A DNA stretch of 64,000 bases, from positions 11,917-75,916 of the IMG/VR virus record IMGVR_UViG_3300042398_001156. One strand, given 5' to 3'. The stretch comes from a virus. The position numbers were made by a program, and so were the translations under genes. The notes under the pieces were generated by a model. It did no database searches. It saw nothing but the letters and a program-made list of their open reading frames with translations, and was not told the DNA's origin. Shown piece after piece: positions 1-9,035 of the stretch (position 1 is its first letter; the number at the start of each line of letters is the position of its first letter).

Positions 1-3000
1 TAATAAAATATTTTAATAAAGTTAATAGATACTAAAGCTTTAATTTTAATTTCATCCTTTTTAACACGCATAGAACTTACATAAGAAGCTAAACGTTCGT
101 TCATGTATTGATCATAATGATCTAAAATATCGTTGGCAGCTTTATTTAAAAACTGAATACTAAAACGTGTTTCACTATCAATGGTATTACTTGGACGTAT
201 CATAAAAAGTTGCCCATCTTCTGAGTAAAATAAAACCATTTGATTAAAAATTTGTATAACGTCTGCGTACTTTTTATTAACAAGTAAGTTATATAAAACA
301 ATTTGTTTAAGCCATGCTACACCCGTAACGTTTTGTTCAATCTGATTTGTAGTTGTATTAAGTTGGGTTGTAATTGTTTCTACACGGTAAACAGCGTAAA
401 GATGTTGCGTTGTAAATACAAGAATAATAGTTTTATACTGTAATACTTTTACAATCTCTTCTGCAAATTCTACACGGTTGCGTTCTTTAAACCAGTAAAA
501 TTTACCTTCTTCTGAAATAAATAAAACATTTTTGTTCCATACAAGTAAACGACTATCTTCAAAGACAGTTAAACTATTGCTTGTTTGTATTTGCAACGGT
601 TCATTAATAAGTACTTTATCTATATACGTAACACTAAATGCATCTTGTGCGTACACTAAATTAACTGTTTGTCTTAAAGAAGTGGCGTTCCATACAGCTT
701 TTAATGTTTGACGTTCTTGATAATTTTTGCCACTGTATTCTGATTCTTGGTAAGGTCTCATGTAAAAAATAATATTAATACCTTTTTCAAAAAAACCTGC
801 GCTTACAAGATTAGGTACATTAAGACTTACTGGTGTAAATCTGCCGACTAAACCAGTAGGGTTATTCCAACGATAATAAAAATTAGTTCTAAGATCACGG
901 TATATTGTGTTATTAACAAAGTTAGCAGGAAATGCTGTACCACTTATAGCTTCCCATTCATTGCCACTTGGACTTTTTCTTTGTCGATAAAATGTACCTG
1001 TGCCTGCTTGTATCGTAGCATTTTCAGCTGCATTAGTAATAGTATAACGTGTCGGATTGGAATCATTTATTAATACAGCAGGTGTACCTGAAGCATACCA
1101 TGGCGGCTGTGCGGTACCATAAACAGCGTTAGAAGTAAACGTACTAAAGCTAGATCCTACAGGTGTTTTAAGTGTAGTAAGATCTGTACCAATCTCCCAT
1201 TTTAAAGTATCCCAGTTAAACTTATTAAAATTAAAGTCGTTAAAATAGAATGTGTTTTGTCTTACAAGATAATCTTGTGGAGTATTAAAATAATTTAAAG
1301 AAGCAAATACAAATCTATAATATTCTGTTGTACCGCCGGGGTTATTAATAGCAAACAATTGACCAAGATACCCACTAGCAGCTGTCCATCGATAGTAACG
1401 ATTATTTCTTTCATCTAAATATAAACTATTTAATTTAAATGTAGTCCCTTGATTGCTACTGTTAAGAGGTCCCCAAGTATTTGTTCCTGGTTTTACACTA
1501 GGGTTGTAACTAATAAGTTCAGACCACACTGCTTTTAATTCAGGTTGCGTTTGAATTATTTTTTGATACATTTTACCTGTACTTTGTACTTGAACAATTG
1601 TATTTAAAGGAATGTCATTAACTTCTATACCTGTTAACACTACAAGTGTTTGACCACCTTCTACTATAGTACTTTCTGTAGCAGCATAATAAGGTGCTTG
1701 TGTTCCAAATGCTGAATTAGAAGTAAATTCATTGATTGCATTTGTCTCAACATAAGTATCATTACCAGCATATGGAAGTAAATGAAAAACAACACCGTCT
1801 CTTGTTTTAAAAATATTAAGTCTTTTTATTTCTGCTATTAGTTCAGATCCTGTTAAAAGAAAATCGTATTCGTCTTCTTGTGTTTCTTTACTAAAAGTAT
1901 GATACATCTTTTCAAAATCACTTATGTCATTATTAACACTAGATTGCATTAGCTTATCAAATGTTTCATACCTACCTGTACTCACTTCTGTTTGTATATC
2001 GTACAAATAAAAAAAAGCATTGCTACTTAAACCATCAATTACTTCTATTAAAGTTTTATAATCTATAATGTTATTAATTGCGGATTGCCAACTATTATTT
2101 CTATTTGTTATAGCAGTAAAACTTTCTTGTCCTGTACCTGTTTTATACGTACCATTACTATTACGTGAAGGAAATTCTTGTGTAACTAACCCTTCACTTG
2201 AAACACTTTTACTACTAAACGTTCTATTTAAATTTTTTGAAACAACGTAAATTAAATAACGTGCACCCTTATAATGATTAGTTTGTTTATCAGCGTTTCC
2301 TAAACTTGTACTGTTACTTCTATCAGAATCTAATAAAACAGTACCTGGACCATTAGGTTGAGTATTATCAACGGATGGAGTGTATCTAAGCCAAGGACTG
2401 GACATAATAGTATCCCCTACTTCATCACCTATTTCTTTACCAGTATTAAATATTTCAAAACGATAAGCCCATTTATCAGATATGTTAGGAGTGTTATTTA
2501 AATCCAAATACGCAGGGTTTAAAACAAAGTAAGGTTTAATATTGTAATTAACATTAGGAAGAATAAAGTTAGTAACATACTGATCGTTGTCATCATAAGT
2601 ATAAATAAAGTTTCCTAACGTGCTAACTACACCTCCTTCAACCGGACGTGTTTGTTCTGTATATAATGTTTGAAATACGTTAGGAATAATAGATTTAGAC
2701 ACAGCTAAATTACGTTCAGTAGGAGCAAGTGTTGGATGCTCAAACATGTAAGGCAATCCTTCAACAACTAAAGTATCTGCAGCACCTTCACTTGTTTGGT
2801 TTTGACGGTAACGAAGTTGAAGAATAAAATTAAAAGGTGTCTGTCCATTAACACCTGTATTTAATGTGACCTTTACAAGAGCGCGACTAATACCATTTTC
2901 ATCATAAATGTGTTCAATCTTAGTATCTTCAATAGGAGTAATTTTATTTATGAATTGTGTAATTGTATTAGCTAGTGTAGTAGTATTTCTATAAGCAGCA

Positions 3001-3434
3001 ACATAACTTACTTGTGGAATTAGCACTTGCGTAAATAAATAATTCCAATCATAGTTAGCTATTTTAGAAATAATAGGTAAGTAATAGTTAGTTATCTTAT
3101 CATTGTACCCAGATATTTCTGCAATATATGCAGTGTTGTTATTCAGATCAAAAAGAATATATTGCCCTATTGTATTGTCTTTATAAATAATAGTTTTATT
3201 ACTTAATGAAATATGTTTATTAAAGTCTGGGCTACCTTCAATAGTATTTTTTAATGTTGTTGTTAAATATCCTTCACGCGGTTCTACAGATTGACCTGTA
3301 TCAGATACATCAAAGTTTACCATGTGTTTAAACAATCCTTCGTTTAAAGGATCGGTGGTTGCGACAATTCCTAGATATCTAGTGTTGTCGTAATACGATT
3401 TTTCAGGAAACCCCTGTACCGCTTTTCTAGCCAT
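1..3434 (-). CDS. Large tail/stabilisation protein (tail tubular B / P22 gp10-like nozzle), >1140 aa, truncated by the left window edge; missing from the supplied ORF track
   Basis: ATG at 3434 overlaps the upstream stop (MARKAVQGFPEKSYYDNTRYLGIVATTDPLNEGLFKHMVNFDVSDTGQSVEPREGY...). Frame was spot-checked as open at ~1200-1260 and 1-80. Beta-propeller-like segments (RLLVWNKNVLFISEEG...IILVFTTQHLYAV). Directly follows the adaptor gene. Confidence 0.6.
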   Translation of the reverse strand, partial: MARKAVQGFPEKSYYDNTRYLGIVATTDPLNEGLFKHMVNFDVSDTGQSVEPREGYLTTTLKNTIEGSPDFNKHISLSNKTIIYKDNTIGQYILFDLNNNTAYIAEISGYNDKITNYYLPIISKIANYDWNYLFTQVLIPQVSYVAAYRNTTTLANTITQFINKITPIEDTKIEHIYDENGISRALVKVTLNTGVNGQTPFNFILQLRYRQNQTSEGAADTLVVEGLPYMFEHPTLAPTERNLAVSKSIIPNVFQTLYTEQTRPVEGGVVSTLGNFIYTYDDNDQYVTNFILPNVNYNIKPYFVLNPAYLDLNNTPNISDKWAYRFEIFNTGKEIGDEVGDTIMSSPWLRYTPSVDNTQPNGPGTVLLDSDRSNSTSLGNADKQTNHYKGARYLIYVVSKNLNRTFSSKSVSSEGLVTQEFPSRNSNGTYKTGTGQESFTAITNRNNSWQSAINNIIDYKTLIEVIDGLSSNAFFYLYDIQTEVSTGRYETFDKLMQSSVNNDISDFEKMYHTFSKETQEDEYDFLLTGSELIAEIKRLNIFKTRDGVVFHLLPYAGNDTYVETNAINEFTSNSAFGTQAPYYAATESTIVEGGQTLVVLTGIEVNDIPLNTIVQVQSTGKMYQKIIQTQPELKAVWSELISYNPSVKPGTNTWGPLNSSNQGTTFKLNSLYLDERNNRYYRWTAASGYLGQLFAINNPGGTTEYYRFVFASLNYFNTPQDYLVRQNTFYFNDFNFNKFNWDTLKWEIGTDLTTLKTPVGSSFSTFTSNAVYGTAQPPWYASGTPAVLINDSNPTRYTITNAAENATIQAGTGTFYRQRKSPSGNEWEAISGTAFPANFVNNTIYRDLRTNFYYRWNNPTGLVGRFTPVSLNVPNLVSAGFFEKGINIIFYMRPYQESEYSGKNYQERQTLKAVWNATSLRQTVNLVYAQDAFSVTYIDKVLINEPLQIQTSNSLTVFEDSRLLVWNKNVLFISEEGKFYWFKERNRVEFAEEIVKVLQYKTIILVFTTQHLYAVYRVETITTQLNTTTNQIEQNVTGVAWLKQIVLYNLLVNKKYADVIQIFNQMVLFYSEDGQLFMIRPSNTIDSETRFSIQFLNKAANDILDHYDQYMNERLASYVSSMRVKKDEIKIKALVSINFIKIFY

Positions 3435-4764
3435 TATAACCCCATATTACTTGCACACTATAACTTGTAGTTGGATTGTTAGTAGAAACATTACCAGCAT
3501 ACCATGTAGGAGTAAACACGTTGTTTGCTGTACTACCTGCCCAACCTGCAGGCCTATTAACTTCTAAAACTCTTGTTTTAATAACTAAACGTTTGCCTAG
3601 CACTACAGGAAATGCACCAGCTTCAATTGTTGTTACTGAGTCAGGTATAACAATTTCAAATAACGACGGTGTGTTTGCAAAAGCATTAGCTCCTATAGTT
3701 GTTAAACCCTGGTTTAATAAAATTGTATGTCCTTTAAAACCATCAAAAGCATTTGCTTGAAGTTCTAAAATACTTTTAGGTAAATAAATACCTTGTGTTA
3801 ATAGATCAGGACTAGGTGCTGGTGGAGTGTTAATAAAATTAGTCTTGATTGTTTTAGCTTGAGTTCCACCAATATACTCCGGAATAATTAAGTTAACAAG
3901 AACAAGACGTGCAGCTGTCGAAATAGTAACTAACCCTTGAACAGTAACTTCTAAAGTATTAATAAAGCTCCAAAAAGCATAGAAGTTAAGATCAGCACGC
4001 ATCGGTACTTTTATTCCACCAGCTACTCCAAGTTGGTTAACTGTATAACCATTTGACGCAGTAACACCTGAAGCACGATGTTCTCTAGTCCAACCGTTAA
4101 AGGTATATATAAACTGTCCGTCTAAAGAAGCAAATACATTAAAACCTGCTGTTGGATATTTAATCGTAGCAATTTCATCATATAAATAAACTTTACTATC
4201 TATTGTAAAAGAATTACCTACGGGTATGTAAAGGTTGTTATTGTCAGGATAATAGTTAATTCTAAATCTAAATGTAGGAATATTTAAATTACGTTCATTA
4301 TGTTGGATAATACCTTGTGCTGTATCTAAACCAAAAAACACACCTTGATCCGGATTTTGTCTGAATTCAACAGGAACACTATTAAATTCTTTTTGGAACA
4401 TATCAAATAAACCTTCTTGCATCTCAAGTAAATACTTATTATAAATCGTAGTAAACTCTTCATCTCTTGCTAATATTTCCGAAGCAATGTATGGAATAAT
4501 AACACTATGAAAGTATTCTTCTTTAATAATTTCGTACTCTGCAATCGTTTGGTCGACGCCATTTGCATCTTTTTCAGTTTGAGGAATACTATACGTATCT
4601 GTAGGATTTTTTAAATATAAAGTAAGTTTAGGATACCTGGTGCCTAAAAAACTATTAATCTTTGTAATAGCTTTGTCAGCATCGTACTTAACATCAAACC
4701 AAGTAAGGTTATACCTTAAGGTTAATTGGTTAAGACGGTCAAGCAGTTCTTGTTGTGTTAGCAT
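3427..4764 (-). CDS. Putative head-tail adaptor-like N-terminal domain fused to an InlB B-repeat-like domain and BspA-type leucine-rich repeats
   Basis: Helical N-terminus (DADKAITKINSFLG...FHSVIIPYIASEILARDEE); YTFNGW...ADLNFYAFW (B-repeat-like); LPKSILELQANAF / LNQGLTTIGANAF / IPDSVTTIEAGAF (BspA LRR consensus). Lies between scaffold and tail genes. Confidence 0.6.
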   Translation of the reverse strand: MLTQQELLDRLNQLTLRYNLTWFDVKYDADKAITKINSFLGTRYPKLTLYLKNPTDTYSIPQTEKDANGVDQTIAEYEIIKEEYFHSVIIPYIASEILARDEEFTTIYNKYLLEMQEGLFDMFQKEFNSVPVEFRQNPDQGVFFGLDTAQGIIQHNERNLNIPTFRFRINYYPDNNNLYIPVGNSFTIDSKVYLYDEIATIKYPTAGFNVFASLDGQFIYTFNGWTREHRASGVTASNGYTVNQLGVAGGIKVPMRADLNFYAFWSFINTLEVTVQGLVTISTAARLVLVNLIIPEYIGGTQAKTIKTNFINTPPAPSPDLLTQGIYLPKSILELQANAFDGFKGHTILLNQGLTTIGANAFANTPSLFEIVIPDSVTTIEAGAFPVVLGKRLVIKTRVLEVNRPAGWAGSTANNVFTPTWYAGNVSTNNPTTSYSVQVIWGYNG

Positions 4765-4786
4765 TTCAAAAGGTCCTCACATTTTG

Positions 4787-4797
4787 ATTATAGCACA
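4787..4797 (-). promoter_or_regulatory. Extended -10 promoter (TGTGcTATAAT)
   Basis: TRTG + TATAAT just downstream of a terminator and upstream of the SD/ATG at 4764. Confidence 0.6.
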
Positions 4798-4825
4798 AAA
4801 GTTTTTAAACAATAGTTCAATTAAT

Positions 4826-4847
4826 AAAAACACACCCGAAGGTGTGT
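4826..4847 (-). terminator. Intrinsic terminator after scaffold gene
   Basis: Minus strand ACACACC-TTCG-GGTGTGT followed by a T run. Confidence 0.75.
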
Positions 4848-4855
4848 CTTTAGTT

Positions 4856-5785
4856 TTACTTCTTACGATTACTTGCTTCAGTCAGTAAGTCTGATAACGA
4901 TACGCCGTTGTTATTAATAGGTTTAGGTTGTGTGCTTTGTGCCGGATTTGCAACTGGTACTTTAGTTTGTCTCGCACGTTCTTCTTCCCATTTAGTTTTT
5001 GCTAGACCTACTGCGCTGTCAACTTGTTGTTTTAACAACTTATCACGGTACACAAGGATGTAAAGATCTTGCAAGTCTCCGCCTTGAGCTAACCATTGGT
5101 ACGGGTTTTTCTTTACAGACATTGCATCTTTAAAGAAGTTGTTGACTTCGCTACCTTTAATATTCATGTTTTGTTGAAGATTCGTAAGGGCTCGATCCAT
5201 TGTAATTTGAAGTCTTTGCTTTTGGATTTCAATCTTATCACGTTCAATACGATCAATTTCAGCTTGAACTTCAGGAGTAATGCCTTTAGCTTCAGCTTTA
5301 ACTTTAGTATCAGAAGTATTCATAGCTGTAGCTAAAGCTTCATAGTCCATCTTACCTTCCTTCATAAATTCTTTAAGTTTGAATTCATAAGACCCGGCAG
5401 TATAACGTTGAACTAATCCTTCAATCTTTTCTTTACCAGCTTTTTCAGCAGCATACTTATCCCGAATTTCTTTCATCGGGTTAACTTTGCCGTCTTTCTT
5501 TTCGTCTGGTTTAGCGTCAGCAGGTTTAGTTTCAACCGGTTTAACATCAACAGGTTTAACTTCAGGAGTTACTTCTGCAGGTTTTGCAGGCGTTGGTTCA
5601 GCTAGTTTAGCTTGAACTAATTGATCGGCTGCTTTATCAACAGGAGTTGCCGCATCAACTTTAGGTTGTTCAACCGGAGCTGCTGCTACTGGAGCCGGAG
5701 CTGGAGTTGGAGTTGGAGTAGGTGCGTTACCTGCTCCTTGACTTAACGCTTCTTGTAAACTAATTTTATTCTTTTGGTCTGCCAT
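4856..5785 (-). CDS. Putative capsid scaffolding protein
   Basis: Pro/Ala/Lys-rich disordered N-terminus, coiled-coil core, short C-terminal helix; lies in the morphogenesis cluster downstream of portal. Confidence 0.6.
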   Translation of the reverse strand: MADQKNKISLQEALSQGAGNAPTPTPTPAPAPVAAAPVEQPKVDAATPVDKAADQLVQAKLAEPTPAKPAEVTPEVKPVDVKPVETKPADAKPDEKKDGKVNPMKEIRDKYAAEKAGKEKIEGLVQRYTAGSYEFKLKEFMKEGKMDYEALATAMNTSDTKVKAEAKGITPEVQAEIDRIERDKIEIQKQRLQITMDRALTNLQQNMNIKGSEVNNFFKDAMSVKKNPYQWLAQGGDLQDLYILVYRDKLLKQQVDSAVGLAKTKWEEERARQTKVPVANPAQSTQPKPINNNGVSLSDLLTEASNRKK

Positions 5786-5787
5786 AA

Positions 5788-5946
5788 TTACTTCTTACCT
5801 TCTTTCTTAACAAGTTCTTGTTCTTGTTTATTAATTTCGCCAACAATGCTTTCAATAAACTTAACAACTTGATCGTATGGTAGTCTAGATAAAGCACTTA
5901 AGATAACTTTAACTTCTTCTATCGTAAACTCTAATTTGTATTTCAT
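5788..5946 (-). CDS. Small hypothetical protein (52 aa, MKYKLEFTIEEVKVILSALSRLPYDQV...), not in ORF track
   Basis: SD AGGAGG upstream; fills the gap between neighbours exactly. Confidence 0.7.
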   Translation of the reverse strand: MKYKLEFTIEEVKVILSALSRLPYDQVVKFIESIVGEINKQEQELVKKEGKK

Positions 5947-5947
5947 T

Positions 5948-6301
5948 TTATTTACCTCCTTTAAATATTTTTAGTAATTCAATGAATACTTTTGTTTTAA
6001 TAATCGACTTATCGATTTCGTCTTGAACATACTTTTCAATCTGATTGCTACCTGCGATTACTTGATTCTGACTTATAATGTTTTCAATTTCTTTAATCGT
6101 AGATAAATTAACATCAATGTTAGACGTATCAAGTTTATCAGGCTTAGGTATATGAATGTCTGGCACTTTTTTACCTAAAGATACTTTAGATATATAAGAC
6201 GCAGACACTCCATACTTTAGTGCAACATCTTTGTTTAGCATCCCTAACCCTACGTCAGCTAAGATTTGCATATCAATCTCAGCGCTAATTCGTTTTGGCA
6301 T
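5948..6301 (-). CDS. Helix-turn-helix DNA-binding protein
   Basis: GMLNKDVALKYGVSASYISKVSLG is an HTH pattern. Confidence 0.65.
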   Translation of the reverse strand: MPKRISAEIDMQILADVGLGMLNKDVALKYGVSASYISKVSLGKKVPDIHIPKPDKLDTSNIDVNLSTIKEIENIISQNQVIAGSNQIEKYVQDEIDKSIIKTKVFIELLKIFKGGK

Positions 6302-7496
6302 TAGTTACTCCTTTCTTTATTTCAGCCAGATATAACAACCCAATTGATCGACGACTAATTAGGTTTGTCATTAACTGTGTATCCATAAAGACATTACTAT
6401 AGTCTATTGCTAAAGGTACTTGTAATAGTAAGGGTGCAATTTTAGACACAGCATTGATAATTATCCAAAAGGGATCTTGTTGGTAAGAAGATACTGCTGT
6501 GACTGTAATAAGAATTGCAAACAAGAATGTATTTACAACTGTCCAAAGAACTTTAGTTCCTGCATCACGTACAACTCGACGTTCGTTACTATTAATAAGA
6601 GAGTAACTATCTACACTTACACCTTCATTATCACTTCCGTTATAAACAAACATAGGACTTATGTATTTAAAATATTTAACATAACCATCAATAACGTACT
6701 CAACAATGTAATCATCTTCTAGTAGTTGTAGCAGTCTTTCTTTTTTTCTTAAGTAACTCCATTCTTTCCATGAAAGTTTTCCTAAGTTTTTAAGAACAAC
6801 AGATGCTTCGTCTTTATTAACTTTAAGTTTATCAAAGTATGGTTTAAGTTTTTTTCGTATATGATAGTTTGCTTTGCGTTCTATCTTGTCAATTTTAAAT
6901 TTAACATTAATTTTATGTTGTTGTATTTTACGGAAGCGATTAAAGATGTCATGTATCCACGGTTCAAACGTAACTGGGTCTAAATGTTTTTCTGTCATCT
7001 CATCCACTTCTTTACTTAAGTCAACAAACTTTTTGTACTTTTCTTTTGATAATGTCACAAGATAGTTAAATAAACTATAAAATAATATAATTGCGGAACC
7101 TAATGAAATTGTTGTTGTTATATACCAGAATGGATACTCAAAGAAAAACTTAGTGTTGACTTGAACTTTAAAGTTAACAGGAATTTCTACTTCAAACGGA
7201 TTTGTTCCAGGGTTTACAATAACGTAATTAGCAACGTATAAATTGATCGCTTGTTCTGAATACCACGTAATACGATAGTTAACGTTTTCTTCTTTCATTG
7301 TAAGATATTCACCATACGTTGTATCAACAGCTCCGACTGTATACTGTGCTTGACCTTCAATAACAGGAAGCACACCGTTAATGCCTAGAACAACAAGTAA
7401 TGAAAGTAATAGAAAAATAACGCTACGTGACTTTTTATTTGTAAGTACGTTGCTTGTACGTTCTATTAAAGCTTCAATCTTTGTTTGTTCTGGCAT
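6285..7496 (-). CDS. Multi-pass membrane protein, unknown function
   Basis: About 4 hydrophobic segments (VIFLLLSLLVVLGI; ITTTISLGSAIILFYSLF; VLWTVVNTFLFAILITV; FWIIINAVSKIAPLLL). Confidence 0.7.
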   Translation of the reverse strand: MPEQTKIEALIERTSNVLTNKKSRSVIFLLLSLLVVLGINGVLPVIEGQAQYTVGAVDTTYGEYLTMKEENVNYRITWYSEQAINLYVANYVIVNPGTNPFEVEIPVNFKVQVNTKFFFEYPFWYITTTISLGSAIILFYSLFNYLVTLSKEKYKKFVDLSKEVDEMTEKHLDPVTFEPWIHDIFNRFRKIQQHKINVKFKIDKIERKANYHIRKKLKPYFDKLKVNKDEASVVLKNLGKLSWKEWSYLRKKERLLQLLEDDYIVEYVIDGYVKYFKYISPMFVYNGSDNEGVSVDSYSLINSNERRVVRDAGTKVLWTVVNTFLFAILITVTAVSSYQQDPFWIIINAVSKIAPLLLQVPLAIDYSNVFMDTQLMTNLISRRSIGLLYLAEIKKGVTNAKTN

Positions 7497-7497
7497 A

Positions 7498-7731
7498 TTA
7501 AATATCCGTTAAAGTAAACGTTGCTTTTTTAAGTAATGCGTATTGTTCATCACGTTCGGTAACTTCAACATAAGTAGCAGTAATAGGTTCACGTACATCC
7601 GCTAACCAAACAGTTAAAGCGAATGCTTCCGGTGTTTGTAGCGTAGCAGGAATCGTTAACTTACCAAAAGCTACAATAGATCGAGTATCAACTGCGACAT
7701 CTTTTAATTCGACAAATCTAATTTGTTCCAT
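7498..7731 (-). CDS. Hypothetical protein (77 aa)
   Basis: SD GGAGG; tightly packed in operon. Confidence 0.7.
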   Translation of the reverse strand: MEQIRFVELKDVAVDTRSIVAFGKLTIPATLQTPEAFALTVWLADVREPITATYVEVTERDEQYALLKKATFTLTDI

Positions 7732-7744
7732 ATTTATTTACCTC

Positions 7745-8200
7745 CTAAATGTGGATTACATATTCTACACACTCACCAAAGCGTTTGACTTCTTTAGCAT
7801 TAACTAGTCTTTCTAATCCTTTAGCATAACGAATGTTGTCTTTGTGCAATATTGCGCGTATAGGTCTCATATATTTTTTAAGCTGTTGGAACATTTCAAT
7901 CAATAAACTTAATGATCCTGCGCGATAGCGTTTGTCTATATAAGTTTCTGTTATAAATAAACAGTCATCTCTTTCTAAATCTAGTGATACAAACCCAACT
8001 GTAATACCTTCGTTGTTAACTAACATTAAACACTGTCCTTTAATTAACTTATAATGTAACACGGTTAGTTTAGTAAAAAAGTGTTGGTTATCAAAGAACA
8101 GTAATTTTTTATCTTCTTCAGACATTTTTGTAAACATTTCTATTACTTTATATAAATCAGGGTGGCTGCTGTAATGTATCATCCGATGCTTGGATCCCAT
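7745..8200 (-). CDS. GNAT-like acetyltransferase-fold protein
   Basis: NEGITVGFVSL...LFITETYIDKRYRAG resembles GNAT motif A; size fits. Confidence 0.5.
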   Translation of the reverse strand: MGSKHRMIHYSSHPDLYKVIEMFTKMSEEDKKLLFFDNQHFFTKLTVLHYKLIKGQCLMLVNNEGITVGFVSLDLERDDCLFITETYIDKRYRAGSLSLLIEMFQQLKKYMRPIRAILHKDNIRYAKGLERLVNAKEVKRFGECVEYVIHI

Positions 8201-8475
8201 CCACCGTCACTATCTTCGTATGGATTTTGCGGTTCTTCAGTTACATCTTCATAGTCAGGTTCGTCTACGTCTACGTCTACGTCAGGAACTGGTACATCTA
8301 TATACGTTTCAGTATCAATCACAGTATTTGTTTCTGATTTTAAAGTTGTTACAATTTTACTATGTTGACAATTTTTACAAAAGTAAATATCAATTAAACG
8401 ATCTAACCCTTGAATCTTACTGGACAACAATGTTAATCGTGTGCTTTCACACTTGTCACATTTTAGTTCCATCAT
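8179..8475 (-). CDS. Zn-ribbon protein with acidic tail
   Basis: CDKC...CKNC; D/E-rich C-terminus. Confidence 0.65.
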   Translation of the reverse strand: MMELKCDKCESTRLTLLSSKIQGLDRLIDIYFCKNCQHSKIVTTLKSETNTVIDTETYIDVPVPDVDVDVDEPDYEDVTEEPQNPYEDSDGGWDPSIG

Positions 8476-8941
8476 TCTTTACAGGTTCCTCCTCTTTAAT
8501 TTCTTTAGCTAAATCTTCAATAAATCGTTTGTGATCAGCCGCTTCTTCAGCGTTCATTTCCATAACAGTGTTTTGTTGATGCACAATAGCATCAGCAATA
8601 AACTGAACATCAGGAAATAATTCTGTAAGCATATCATTAAATACTTTAGCAATCGTATCGTGAAGCGACTTGCGAGTTTTATACAAAGCATTATCTTTAT
8701 CACCGTCTTTAAAGATGTATGCTTTTGCTTCTACTTCACTACTACTTGCCGGTCTCATCACAGGTAGATCAGCTAACACTGCAACTAAACCTAAACGCAC
8801 ACCAGTTAAGATTGTACTAAGGTATGGTTTAATATCGGTCACTACACCTGGTTTTAACTTAGGTAAAATTTTACCTTCAATCGTTCCAGTAATAGGATTA
8901 GCTACGAAACTAAATTTAATCACTTTGTCATTCTTTGGCAC
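8456..8941 (-). CDS. Hypothetical protein (161 aa)
   Basis: SD AAGGAGG with an alternative start codon; own promoter upstream. Confidence 0.7.
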   Translation of the reverse strand: MPKNDKVIKFSFVANPITGTIEGKILPKLKPGVVTDIKPYLSTILTGVRLGLVAVLADLPVMRPASSSEVEAKAYIFKDGDKDNALYKTRKSLHDTIAKVFNDMLTELFPDVQFIADAIVHQQNTVMEMNAEEAADHKRFIEDLAKEIKEEEPVKNDGTKM

Positions 8942-8982
8942 AAGTATGCCTCCTTGTTTTCTATGAGTATATCATAACATAT

Positions 8983-9012
8983 AAAAAACACAAGATGTGT
9001 ATATCTTGTGTT
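8983..9012 (-). terminator. Intrinsic terminator after portal, followed by extended -10 elements (8966-8981)
   Basis: AACACAAGAT-atacac-ATCTTGTGTT + T run, then TATGTTATGATATACT. Confidence 0.7.
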
Positions 9013-9035
9013 CTTTGTGTAATATTTACAATTGT

